A stretch of DNA of 64,000 nt from the human T2T-CHM13v2.0 reference genome, Homo sapiens: assembly GCF_009914755.1 (NCBI RefSeq), contig NC_060929.1; one strand, given 5' to 3'. Within the stretch, counting starts at the first letter, position 1, and each line of letters opens with the position of its first letter. A program made the position numbers and the translations under genes. Positions 1 through 12,919 of this stretch are shown here, piece by piece. The notes beneath the pieces are model-generated. The model ran no database searches. It saw nothing but the letters and a program-made list of their open reading frames with translations, and was not told the DNA's origin.

Positions 1-504
1 CATGTTTCTAATTCAATTCATTCTGAATTTTAACAAATTGTGTAATGACCACAACCCTTGATAAACTGAGTATTAATTGCTCTCTACCACTCAAGGTTTT
101 ATCATTGCCAGTTGGAGACAAGAATAAGTTATAACTTGTATCTCTTCAAATTTCTAAATTCCTGAATTTTCTTCTTTCCCTTTCCTTCTCACATGCAGGT
201 TAGATTTTATGAGATAATTTCTTTCTTATAGTTTCATTTTTTTTTCAAATTTAGCTAAAATATGTGAGGCATTCTACAACATTCTGTTTTCAAATAGCTT
301 CTTGTAAGCCACCAGCTCATGTGGTACATTATTATCTTTCTCTGTTTTCTCAGGCATTATTATTAAATGTTTGTTATTGCTGAATATAGATTTTATTGCT
401 TAATATGTTTTGAACTTTCAATAAAATTTCCCTTATTGCTTACTGCCTACCACAAAGGCATGCATCTAGGTTAAGCTTTTTATTATTGCTGCACCAAACT
501 TTTC

Positions 505-911
505 TACCAATTTCTGAATGAGTCTGGATAAGCTAATTAATAGGGAGATAATACATAATCCATAATGTTTCCACCTTAAAGCAATAATCTTTTGTATTTA
601 ATGTGTCCATCACTAATTTGCTTGTTGTTCACCTCCAAGTGACCTTCACTCGGGAAACCCAGGCTGAAAGAGTAGCCACTGGCTGGAAGATCACTCAGCT
701 CACATAAAAGGAGAAAGAGATTTGATTAGCCAAGCACTGGCTTAAAACTTCCAACTGGAATTGATCACATTCACATATATTTCATTAGACAAAGCAGGCC
801 GCATGGGTTATCATGACAGGAATGGAATGGGAATGCATAAGCCTTTCTCAGTCAGGGATGCCTCAGAAAAAGCAAAATTGAATATATGTTGAGTAGCAAT
901 ACAATCTAACA
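505..911 (-). mobile_element. Old MaLR LTR (MLT1J/K/L-like)
   Basis: Motifs 'cacattcacatatatttcattagacaaagcaggccgcatgg', 'acccaggctgaaagagtagccact' and terminal 'aatacaatctaaca' resemble old MLT1 consensus; highly diverged. Confidence 0.55.
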
Positions 912-2884
912 TATTTCATATTTACAAATGTAAAAATTTGGGTATCTGTGTTTTCATAATAAGAAAAATAGATACTTTTTTAAAAGTGAAAATCTCATCT
1001 ATATGGTGCTATCAAAGAAAACAGAATCAATTAGGTTGGAATTCTCATATGAATAACTTGCAGCAAGAAGACAATAGAACAATGACTGTAGATTACTAAG
1101 AAAAAAGAACTGTTGTACCCAATATATCCAGAAGTGAAATTAGTCATCTGTCAGAAAGGAAAAACAATTTTGGGATATAGAGAGGCTCATAGGGTATACA
1201 AACAATATCTATAAAGAGATTTTAAAAATGAATCAAAACAAGACATTGAATTAGGCATTAGTACATGAACTAATGGTGACCAACTGATATTATATTTTAT
1301 AGTCAAATCTAGTGAATAATTATGAGTTACAGTGTAAAATTTGTAATAAAGTTATTGAATCAGAAAAGTAAAGATAAGAATAGTAAGTAAATGACTAACA
1401 GATAAATATTCTAAAATCTCAAAAAAATCCAAATAACAGAACCATGGGAGTTAGGCTGAGGTGAAGATGGGTGACAGCTAAGGTATAGATTTCTAAAATT
1501 TCAAGAGAGTGGGAATTTAATATATTAATATAATATACATTTAATTCTGGCTTTTAAAGAAAACAATCTCTACACTGGTGGTATAGAAATGTCAGTATAA
1601 TTCTAAAATTTAAACAGGAGAGGGAGAAAGAACAACAGAGAGAGAGAGAAGAGGACAGAATTGCTGGCAAACATCAAAGAAAGGAAAGGAGGAAAAAAAA
1701 CCATAAATCTTTATGTAAAACTAGTTGCCCATAAGTTTTCAGTTACTGAAGTGGATCACCTAATCACTATGAACTTACTTGTTTTCCAGATATAAGCATT
1801 CTTTGATCTTTCTGTGAGTGACTTATGTACAGAAACAGCAGTTCTGCAATGAATTTGAGAACACATTGCAGAATGGAGAAATAGTATCTTTATTTTACCT
1901 GATGTTGCTGAAACCAAGCATCCCTATAAATTATGGACAGACTTAAGGTGAAGTTTGCTCTGACTCATAAGATGGAAAAAAATATAATAAAACAGATAAG
2001 GTGTTTTTCACGAATGACCTCCAGTATTACGTGGACATACACTTGCTGGCATGGCAGGCATACGTAGCACAACAGGATACATATCAGAGAAGTTATTTTG
2101 GTCATAACAACCATTCTTTGTGCTTCTCCTACTTGTGGAATCGTGCGGATGATCTCTTTCAATTATTAATAAAGCCACCTTTAAGGGTTTTATCATCACA
2201 AATCACAGTTTCCAGGAGGGTAAAAATACAGCACTGCTCTATAATTCAGCTTATTGAAGATTCCTGGTATTTAACTGAAGAGTCCAAAACATATGTGGTG
2301 GGAATGATGTCATGCAGAAAGGTGCCCTGTTCAATTTGGAATGTATCAGTATAGTGCTAAAGGATTGTATTTGGATGATCACAGACAATAGCTATGCTTT
2401 TCTGTCAGAAGAAAATAGTTTATTTAAAGCCCAAAGTATGTAATTTTTATGAACTAAGAAATATACTCAAAGCACATTTATAACAAAAGATGGAAAATAA
2501 TTAGGCTTCAAAAATGGTCAGAAATAATATTAACATTATTTTATTCTAAAATATATATGTATTAAAAAATAAATAAGTAACAGTGTCATTAGAAACTAAT
2601 ATTTCCATATAAGAGGTAAGAGAGATAAATAAAAATAAAATCAAATAATCTTATTACCAAATTTGATCTGGAGTTATCATAATGAACTGAAGATGAAGTA
2701 GATTTTGTTTATAGTAGTATTCTACCTGATAATTGACAATGATGTGATAGACTGATGATGGAATGATACTATCCCAATTTTTCGATTTATAATGAAATAA
2801 GGGATCTATAATATGATTATCAATGTCTGCTAAAGCTACTTGCAGAGGAACTTATAGGAAACCTGCATTAAGAAAAATAACCAA

Positions 2885-3370
2885 ATAATTCTTATCTCAG
2901 GAATGAAAATTTGTTTACAATAGGAAATCAATCAGTATGATTATCCGTGTTAAATATAAACAGAAAAAAGGAGAAAAACAAAGATAATTTCAATCATTGC
3001 AGACAAAGGAAATCATTTGATATAATGACACATACATGATGAAAACTCTTAAGCAAACTAATAATATAAGGGTACTTTCTCAACTTAACAATAAATATTT
3101 TAAAACCTACAACTAACATTTACGTACTTTATACGTTGAGAAGATATTTTAAAATATTAATAAAATTTAATTACTTAATGGCAAAGACTGATCGTGTTGC
3201 CCCTAAAACTAGAAACAAAGAAAAGGTTTTTTTCTGAACTACTTCTGCTCAAAATTGTGCTACAATATCTAGCCAGAATATAAAAGAAGAAAAATACATA
3301 AAAGACACATATCTCAGGAATGAAGAAATAAAATTGCTTATTTTTTTAAACAGAGATTTTATTCACAGAA
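2885..3370 (+). mobile_element. Old L1 ORF2 fragment (L1M-type), interrupted at 3118-3170
   Basis: 'gatgaaaactcttaagcaaacta', 'acctacaactaacat...tacttaatggcaaa' and 'ctagccagaatataaaagaagaaaa' follow L1 ORF2 RT-region order. Confidence 0.75.
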
Positions 3371-3894
3371 CACATTATCTCAAAACAAAGACAAATTTAC
3401 TTTTGAACGAGTATTTGATGAGATTGATTGATGCTATTTTTGTAAGTTGTGAGAATGCTATTATGATTGTGATTTTTAAAAAGAATCATGATCTCTTATA
3501 GATGTTTGCAGATGCAATGTTATTTTGCCTAACTTTAATACTATTCAAGTTGTAATGCAGAGGTCTTTAGTACAATGTCTAGGAACATATCAAAAAAGCT
3601 TGGTTATTAGTGTGTAATTGTAGTAGGTGGTTGATGGTGTATGGGCAATCATAATTATCAATTCATTATCAATATTATTATTATATTATCATTCTCACCA
3701 CTTATGGGTATTCTTGAATCTTCCATTATAGGAAGTTTAAAATGTAAAGAAAAAGAAAATGTGTTGGCAAAGATGCATAAGGTAAATAAAAATAGAAGTC
3801 AAAAGAGGCAAACTGAATTCAAGGTTAAAAATTAGATTAGAGAGTGTTTACCCAAGAAAAGCTAATTTTCATTTTATAAAGGTAGATTCTGTAT

Positions 3895-3914
3895 TATTTT
3901 CTTTTATTGTGGTG

Positions 3915-3956
<42 letters not shown>

Positions 3957-5115
3957 CTGAGATCCACCATCTTAAAAAATATGTAAGTTTACAATACAGT
4001 ATCGTGAACTATAAGTACAATGTTGCACAGAAGATCTCTAAAACGTTCTCATCTTGAATAATCAGACTTTATACAGTGTGATCAGCAAATCTCCATTTCC
4101 TCATATCTCAGCCCCTGGCAACTATGACTCTACTTTCCAGTCTGATTGATGGGTTTGGCTACTTTAGATACTTTATGTAAGTGGGATCATGTGTTTTTTT
4201 TTTTCCTTCTCTTACTCGCTTATTTCATTCAGCATAATGTATGCAGTGTTCATCTATGTTGTCACATATGATAGGATTTTTTCTAAGAATGAATAATAAT
4301 ATTCCATTGTAAGAATATACCACATTTGATTTATTCGTTAATCCATCAATGGACATTAAGATTGCTTCCACATCTTGGCTATTGTGAATAATGCTGTGAT
4401 GAGCATAGGAGTGCAAATCTCTATTTGAGACACTGTTTTAATTATTTTGAATAAATACTCAAAATTAAGATTGCTGCATCTTATGATAGCTCTATTTTTA
4501 TTTTCTTGAGGTATCTCCAAATTGTTTTCCGTAGTGGCTGCACCATTTTTACATTCCCACCAGCAATATAAAAGGGTATCAATCTTTCCACCTTTTTGCT
4601 AACAGTTTTTTTTTAATTTTACCTTTTTTATAATGGCCATCCTAACAAGTTTGAGGTGACATCTCATTGTGATTTGGATTGCATTTTCCTGATCAATAAT
4701 GTTGAGCATCTTTTCATATACCTGTTGGCCATTTGTATGTCTTCTTGAGAAATATATGTTCAAGTCTTTTGACCATTTTTAATTGAGCCATTAATTATGT
4801 TTGCTATTGAATTATGTGAATTCCTTATATATTTGGGATATTAATTCCATATTAGATATGTAATTTGCAAATATTTTCCACCATTCTGTAGGTTTCATTT
4901 TGTTGATTGTTTCCTTTTTTGTGCAGAAGCTATTTAGCCTGATGTAGTCCCACTTACCTATTTTTTGTTGTTGTTGTTGCCTGTGCTTCTAGAAGTTGTA
5001 CAATTTCTGATATTACATTTAAGAGCCTAATCTAAGTGAAATTAATTTTTATGTATAATGTAAGATATGGGTCCAATTTTATATTTTTGCATGTGGCTAA
5101 GTGAAGTATCCTGCC
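3895..5115 (-). mobile_element. L1 3' fragment (L1MA9/L1MB-like)
   Basis: Antisense L1 3'UTR 'agatctctaaaacgttctcatcttg', 'cagcccctggcaactatgactctactttc', 'acattcccaccagcaa', 'tacctgttggccatttgtatgtcttc'. Confidence 0.9.
3917..3954. repeat. (AC)19 microsatellite inside the L1 3' end
   Basis: Perfect dinucleotide run read directly. Confidence 0.97.
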
Positions 5116-5173
5116 TGGACCAAATAGCTGTAAAATAGTAAATATCATTTTTTCTGTATCTCCCATCAGAAGA

Positions 5174-6346
5174 AAATTTGAATTGTTGGGAGTATTTTTT
5201 TAGTTTGCTCATGGTATAATTTACATACTTCATATGCTGAGAAGATATTTTAAAATATTAATAAAATTTAAAGAATATTCTTTTTACTGTATAGAAAAAT
5301 TATATTTTTGTTACATTTTGATCTCCCATATCCAGACTAATTACTAAAAAACTGTTTCTGCAAAATTACCTGAATGAATCAGCCTAATTATGTCAACAGC
5401 TTAAGGCTAGGGATCCTGCTGAAGTTGTGGCAGGTGCAGTTGTGACAGCAAAGACGAACTTTTTCCAATAGTCTTTTTATGAGGTCAATTTAGTATAATC
5501 ATGGATTGACCAGAGGTGGCCATAGATTATCTATGTGCAAATAAATACCTATGTGTTAGAAACTCTACTGTTAAAAGAAAATTACAAATTTAACACTTCA
5601 AGCATGTGTACTTGCTTTGCAACAGCAGCATTATAACGAAGTCAATCTGTTTATAATTAAAGCCTTATGAGATTCTTTTACCTTAGTAGGTTGTTGACTG
5701 AGAAACAAATACTTAAGTATGATAAGAAGGATGAAAGGTGGCTTAGAACATTGAAAAGGATTTTCCTGGGAAAACTACCAACATGGGAATTTGAATCAAA
5801 GTCGTTATTTGAATTTTACTTGGCCAGTTCTCATTTGATGAGCATGTATATATTTTAATATTTATATTGTGTATTATACATTTATATATTTTAATATTTA
5901 CATTATGTAATTATGTATTATAACTTATGGTCAATAAGTGATTTTTGTTATGGTCCATTTGAAAATTACACTAATGTTATGGATACTTTAAAAGGGAATT
6001 GACTAAGCACATGAAATTCTTTAATACAAACATGAAACTATATATTATTTTGGCAGTGATTTATAAAATGCTAACTAAAGAAAAGTTACAATACATGGAA
6101 AGAGATCTTGAAATTATTCATTTCTTTGATAGTCATTAAATTATATTCAAGTGCAAATAAAGGCGTGTCTAAATAAACTTGAGTTGTTGGGATTTTTTTT
6201 TTAGTTTGCTCATGGTATAATTTAAATGCTTCATATGCTGAGAAGATATTTTAAAATATTAATAAAATTCAAAGAATAGATATTTTTACTTTATAGAAAA
6301 ATTATATTTTTATTACATTTTGATCTCCCATATCCAGACTAATTAC
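5174..6346 (+). repeat. Pair of ~170 bp direct repeats (5174-5344 and 6175-6346)
   Basis: Shared 'ttagtttgctcatggtataattt...catatgctgagaagatattttaaaatattaataaaatt...ttacattttgatctcccatatccagactaattac'; roughly 90% identical by eye. Confidence 0.95.
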
Positions 6347-6884
6347 AAATAAACTAATTAAACTTTTCTTATCAATTCTTCATATTGAATATTGAGATTA
6401 ATGAATGTACTGGAAAAAATGAGAAGGTGGAAACTGAAAAGCCAGGTACAATTGAAAACAATTTATTTAACCCAAATATTGAAACTATATCTAATATTAT
6501 TGTATTTTCACTTTTATCCAATATTTATTTCTTTTTTATATTATCAGTACACAACAAAATATATCTAAAAATAATAAATAATGTGTGATATTTTGGTATA
6601 TAATTCATGCAGCATTTTCTATTTTAGTGGCCACATTAATATGCATCAATGTGATAAACTTTATTTTAAAATGAATGGCTCATATACACTAAAAATATTT
6701 CTATGCTCAAAGATTTTATTTTACTAATCTTTCATCCCACCTAGGTCATCTTCATATCTTTTAATCTCTAATAGTATTTTCCTAATTATTTCAAAGTCCT
6801 ATAAATACCTTTTCAATTGTTGTCTCTAGTGCTATATAGAAAAAGTTGTAAAGTTAAAACGAGAAGACACAAAAGAGAAAAGTC

Positions 6885-7533
6885 TTTTTTTTTTCAACTT
6901 TTATTTTAGGTTTAGAAATTACAGGTGAAGGTTTGTTACATGGGTAAATTGAGTGTCACTGAGGTTTGGGGTACAAATAATCCTGTCACCCAGGTAGTGA
7001 GCATAGCACCTAAGAGAGAGGTAGTTTTTCAACCTTTGTCCTCCTTCTACCCTTTTCCCTCTAGTAGTCCTCAGTATCTGTTGTTCCCATTGTCATGTCC
7101 ATGTGTACTCAATGTTTAATTCTCACTTATAAGTGATAACAGGTGATATCTGGTTTTCTGTTCTTGCATTAATGCGCTTAGGATAACGACCTCCAGCTGC
7201 ATCCATGTTGCTGCAAAAGACATGATTTCGTAGCTACATATTATTCCATGGTGTATAATGTGTACCACATTTTCTCAATCCAATCCATCATTGATGGGCA
7301 TCTAGGTTGATTCTTTGTTTTTTGTCTTTGTTCTTGTGAATTTTGCTATGATGAACATATGAGTGGTTGTGTCTTTTTGGTAGGATGATTTATGTTCTTT
7401 TGGATATATAGCCAGTAATGTAATTGCTGGGCCAAATAGTAGTTCTGTTTTAAGTTCTTTGAGAAATCTCTGAACTGCTTTTCACAGTGGCTGAGCTAAT
7501 TTACATTCCCACCAAGAGTGCATAAGTGTGCCC
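6885..7533 (-). mobile_element. 5'-truncated L1 (L1PA13-16/L1PB-like) with poly(T) tail
   Basis: 'caacttttattttaggt...gtttgttacatgggtaaattg...gtcacccaggtagtgagcatag' through 'acattcccaccaagagtgcataagtgt'. Confidence 0.9.
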
Positions 7534-9114
7534 AGAAAGCTTATTCTTATGGAGACAGCGAAGTGTGCTTAGGTTTATTTCTTTTAAGGAATAATCATTC
7601 TCTGATCTCTGACTGGGCACACTCTTTAAAAATATAAAAATAGGTAAGTAAATGAATAAATAAGTAAATGTGTAGATATAATATATGCATGTATATATGC
7701 CTATATATTCACAAACTCATGTATATAATTATATATGTAAATGTGTTTCTTAGCAGAAAATTTAATTTTGTAATATTTGAGACATTGTATATAACCTTTT
7801 GTTCCTCAGAGCAACTGTATGAATTTTTTAGCTTTATCTCAATATAGAGTTTCATAAGCTTAGATTGAGAGAATATTAGTAATTGAACTTGCAATACTAG
7901 GAAGCAGTAAAACTTTGCATGTATCTTGTGCCCATAATCCACTAAATTAAATTTTGCCATACAAACTACAAATATTATGGACATTTAAAGCAAAGATTTA
8001 TAAAATGTTTAATTTATTAAAACAAATTTAAAGGCAATATATTGTTGACCAACATCTTTACATTGTGACCAAAATGGCATATAGTTATTTGCATAATATT
8101 CGATTTTCTTTACACAAAACTATAATTTCATTGGCATTGATCCTAATAAGCATCTTTTCCTAGGCTACATTACAATTCATAGCATAATTCCCTAAATAAA
8201 CCTCTTGTCGCATAGCGGGGCACTTCAGTGATGAATAGGTCAAAATCTGGGGACTATATCTCTTTTTTTGAGATATGGCCTTTTTATATAAAGTTTATAT
8301 CTATATATATATATAAAAACAAAGTGCCAAAGGCTGATTTATACACTATACATAATTGGTTTCATCCAAGTGTAAAGCAAAAACTTTCTAGCCAGACAAA
8401 TGTGATAGTAATTGGGTGATGCCCAACATGTTGTCTGATAAAAGAGTTTTGCCAACAGCTCATATTGCTTTTTCTCAGTGCCTGATATTTGTCATAACAT
8501 TTGCAGCTATTTTTTAGAAGCTTTAGAGCAAGTGTAACATAACTTTTTTCCCCCTAATCTAAGAATGCAACTTTCCATGATGTCTCAGTAATATAATCCA
8601 TCAGTTTTAAGCTTGGATGTGTTATTTTTTTCTTATTCTATATGAAACCACAAATTGCTTTCTTAGAGCACAGGAAATAGTGTTGCTTTGAAAATATGAA
8701 ACTTTTGTGGCTTCATGTTACGACTTATATGGTGTCAAAACAAATAAAAAAGGCATTGGGATCTGGAACAAATGGATCTTCAGGTAAATTAAGTTCGTTT
8801 TCTCCATATTTTCATAGTCAGGGCTCTTTTTAAATTTTTTGGGGAGGTGATTTGGCAACTTTTTGTAGCCATGTTCTTCATTATCTCTGCAGACCCTGTA
8901 GTTCTATTGACTGTTTTAAACTTGTGATGTTATTTTTGTTTTCTTTTGAAGTTATGTTATTTTTTCCACATCTCATTTCATGCTATGGTGAAGTATGGCT
9001 GAATCCTGGTCAGTCTTGGTGAGTTGAAATTATAATACAGCACGATAAGAGCAAAAAAAAAAAATTAAACTCCAACAGACATAAACATTAGTGCAAATTA
9101 GACTGGCCTAAGGC

Positions 9115-9488
9115 TCTCTTAGTCATTTGGGGCTGCTATAACAAAATACTATAGACAATTTAAACAAACAAACCAAAAAACACTTATTTCTCACAGTTGT
9201 GGAGGATGGGAAGTTCAAGATCCAGGTGCTGGGTGGATCAGTTTCTGGTGAGAGTTCTCCCGATTTTCAGATGGCCTTATTCTTGTGTTCTCACATGGTG
9301 GGAAGGGGAAAGAGAGAAGACAGCTTCCTCTTTCATGTCTCTTTTTATAAGGGCTCTAACCCCATTTTGAGAGCTCTACCAGTATGACCTAATTACCACC
9401 CAAATGCCCTACCTCCAAATACCATCATATTTGGGTTTCAGCTTCAACATCTGAATTTTGTGTAGGCACATACATTCAGTCTATAGCA
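9115..9488 (-). mobile_element. MLT1A-type solo LTR (MaLR)
   Basis: 'ggctgctataacaaaatac', 'ttatttctcacagtt', 'gaagttcaagatc', 'cttcaacatctgaatttt', terminal 'cattcagtctatagca'. Confidence 0.9.
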
Positions 9489-9787
9489 AAGACCAAGTAA
9501 ACAGTGTAGTTATTTTAGGGCATGTTCAGTCTTTGATGAGGTTATCTAATAGTTATGGAATTCCCATGAAAATTATTATTTGGCTTTGATTTCAAATGGT
9601 GAAATATAGATGAATTATTTCATCACACTGGCCTCCAAAAATGGCAAAATACCTTCATACAATGTCATAAAGCATTGAATGCCACAAGCAGTCCAAAGAT
9701 AATATTTTGAAATCATACAGGCTAATTTTAGTGATATATTAAGTCTTCACATATTCCATTATACCATGAAAATATGAAATAGTAATT

Positions 9788-11815
9788 GGAATCTATTGCT
9801 GGATAGTTATAGCCCTTGGTGGTGTCATATTTCCCTGCTTTTTCAAGTTTCTTGAGTCTTTCCATTGATATCTGCATATGTAGGTGTAGCAGTTCCTCAT
9901 TCAAATTTTATTTTCCTGAAGATGTATGTATGTCATTGGGTAAGATACTTTGCCTTTTGTTTTGGGTGCCTGCAGTAGCATGAATTTTGTGTGACTTATT
10001 TGGCAGTACACAGGGTCAGTGATCTCTGGATGTCCTCAGTGACTTAGGGTACAGTTAACAGTTGAGTTGTGGTAAAGTTTAGCTGGGGACTTGGGTGGCA
10101 ATTGAGCCAGTCTTTTGGCCCCAGTGCTGAAAGCAGTGTGGTAAGTCTCTCTGTTTGTAAGTCTCAGAGCAGTTTACGCTGGCTGTAGACTTAGTGGGTC
10201 CTGGAGGGCTGATTCTTGGGCCTTCAAGTGGCCTCCTCAGAAGTTAGCAGTGGGAATGGTGGGCCCAGTGTGTGAGTGGTTTCTTAGGCCACTGAGGAGC
10301 TGGTGTGGTGTCAGTAATGGCAGCAGCAGTGGTGGAGCAGCCCACTGGGACCCAAGTGGTTCATATTTTTGTTGGTAGAAGCTAGATCTGTTGGAAAGGC
10401 TGGTTCACAACCCCACAGCTGCCCACAGCAAGGTAATGGGTATTGTCTTAAGTGTGCTTAGGAGAACTTGGTTTCCCCTGTCCCTCTTCCAGTTGGGTAG
10501 TGGATGCAACTGCTTCACCTCAAACTCATACTGAAAGTGGGGCACAGCCCAACATTAAACTCTCAGAATGGTACTGTGAGAACAGAGAAGGCTGAATCCC
10601 TACCAGGCAAGCAACCTGAACAATAAGCTCTGGATAGTATGGTGCATTCATGCATCAGTCTCAACAGCAGCCTGTTGCAGGTCAATGGGTCTTATCCTAG
10701 TGATATGGTTTGGCTCTGTGTCCCTGCCCAAATCTCATCTTGTATTGTAATCACCATGTGTCAAGGGAGGAAACTGGTCAGAGGTGATTGGATCATGAAG
10801 GTGGTTTCTCCCATGCTGTTCTTGTGGTAGTGAGGGAGTTCTCATGAGAGATGATTGTTTTAAAAGTGTTTGGCAATTCCCACTTCACTCTCTCTCTCCT
10901 GTTGTCTTGTGAAGAAGGTGCCTCCTTCTCCTTTGCCTTCCCCCATGATTGAAGTTTCCTGAGGCCTTGCCAGCCATGCAGAACTGTGAGTCAGTTAAAC
11001 CTCTTTTGCTTATGAATTATCCAGTCTCAAGTAGTATCTTATATACTATAAAAACATACTAATTCACCTCGATATGCATAGGATAGTCCAGTTTCCCTGT
11101 CCTTCCTTGGCCTGGGTGGTGACTGTAGATGCATGTCTGCCTGAACTCAGGCCAAGAGTAGGATGCAGCTCAGTGTTTAACTCAAAATTGTACCCTGGGC
11201 CTGGAACTAGAGGGAAGAGTCCCTCGCAGGAAAGCAGCACGGGCAAGAAGCTGTGGGGTGTGTGGTTTGTTTACATCTCAGTCTTAACAGCAGCCCAGAG
11301 CAAGGGGGCAGGGACCCTACTATAGATGCATAAGAACACCTGGTCACCCTTCTCCTTACTTGGAGGAGACAGCAGCAGCAGCCATGCCTATAGATTCCCA
11401 GTTTCAGGGTTCTCACAATGGTTGCAAGCTGATACTGCTCCAGGCTTGGATGCCCGTGGCATTCTGTGTGTGTTCTATTTCAATGTCTCTATGCAATCTT
11501 TAGGCAGCTCCATATATCAGGCCTATGCTTTACTGGGTTGAGCAATTCTTCCACTGCAAAGATTGTAAAATCCCAGTTTGAAGCAGTGATGTTTCTTTTA
11601 TACTTTTTCTGCACATCCAGGAGCGTCTCCTGGCTCTGAGTCAGTTCCCAGGTGGGCAAGCTGCTTTGAATCCTCTCCTTATTTATTTCTGGTGCTTCCT
11701 GTCTCTTCTCTGGTGAATCCTAGCGTTCTCTTCTGAATATGATTATCTACTTACTGTTCATTTTTCTCTCCATGGAGGGGGCACATACTACCTCCTTCCA
11801 TCTTGATCCCACTCC
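9788..11815 (-). mobile_element. L1 5' region and ORF1 start (L1PB/L1MA-type), split by a THE1 LTR
   Basis: 'ggaatctattgctgga...ggtggtgtcatatttccctgctttttca...ttgatatctgca' is an antisense L1 ORF1 start; GC-richer 5'UTR follows and ends near 'ccatcttgatccc'. Confidence 0.7.
10701..11066 (+). mobile_element. THE1 (THE1D-like) solo LTR
   Basis: Starts 'tgatatggtttggctctgtgtcc', contains 'aagtttcctgaggcc' and 'gaactgtgagtc', ends 'ctaattca'; TSD cctag/cctcg (4 of 5). Confidence 0.93.
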
Positions 11816-12039
11816 TAAAAATATTTTTCTAAAAAAGTTGGCTTTATAAATCTATAGTACTTGATTGTGTATTTCATAGCATTGTAAAATTTCCTATAAT
11901 TTATTTGAGAATAAAACCTATATAGGTAATGAATTAAATATTTGAGAAATTTGAGATATTTAGATTTATTTACCTATTTATTTAGCAAGGCATTTTTTAC
12001 TTTGGTGTTGCATTTCCTTCTACTACTTTTGACATCAGC

Positions 12040-12513
12040 TACATATCTAATGAACAGGTCTCATGTTTTCTGCAACATTTAACCTCACGTTTTTGCCATA
12101 TGTCTCAAATTTTCTGATTTGTGATTTTCTCTAAAGCTTTGAGAGTCTCCGTAGCCCACCAGGAAAGCATTCCAAGAGGACAGAAGTATAACTCATCCCC
12201 AGTGATATCCCTTAATAAATGGGGGGTGAAGAAGTGAGTTAGAGTTTGTGAATAAATATCCCAGTTCTACATCTAGAAAAAAAATTCTGAGATTCAAGCT
12301 ACATGTTTCTACAGATGGTCTTGAAAAAGACAGAGCCACAGTTTTCCATAGTATTAACCAGATCATTAATATATACTCTACTATCTTTTTTCACTTTTCT
12401 GTCTCACTCATCTCATTTTGTCAGTTCTGCTTTCAGACATCACCTCCAAAATCCCTTACCTGAAACCAAGTCTTTGTCTCAGTTTCCATTTATAGTAAAA
12501 ATCAAGTAAAGGC
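12040..12513 (+). mobile_element. LTR16-like ERVL LTR
   Basis: 'gaataaatatcccag', 'ttctgtctcactc', 'catcacctccaaaa', 'aagtctttgtctcagtttcc...aagtaaaggca' match LTR16 3' architecture. Confidence 0.6.
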
Positions 12514-12919
12514 ATGTAGTAGAAGTCAGGTGGTATGCACGTGGACGCACAATAGTATCATAATTAATAAGACTCTCTCAGTGTGGCTGGATTGGGATGA
12601 GACATAAAAAAGAAGCAGTGGCCTCTCAGTAATTCCAAGACTTTAATGGTATGAGATAACTGTAAAATATAGCAATTGTGTTGTAAATTGTCTTTGTTAA
12701 ATTCCAGATTTGCATGAATATTCTGGATGAAGAGAAGTTGCCTTTCCATCTTTCTTTTTGAGGAAAGCAGCCTCTTCTTGCTCAGTGAAGATGCCAATTA
12801 TCACGTTAATAAAATGCCTTGAAATAATATTTTTTACCATCAAGCTGTGCTTCCCACTCTTTCATTGCCTATGGACCAATAATGGTAATGCCATTTTCTG
12901 TTTTGAGGTAAAATAATAT

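Noticed and set aside
2001-2354. 117 aa ORF
   Set aside because: GTG start, no recognisable domain, no promoter or gene context; length attainable by chance.
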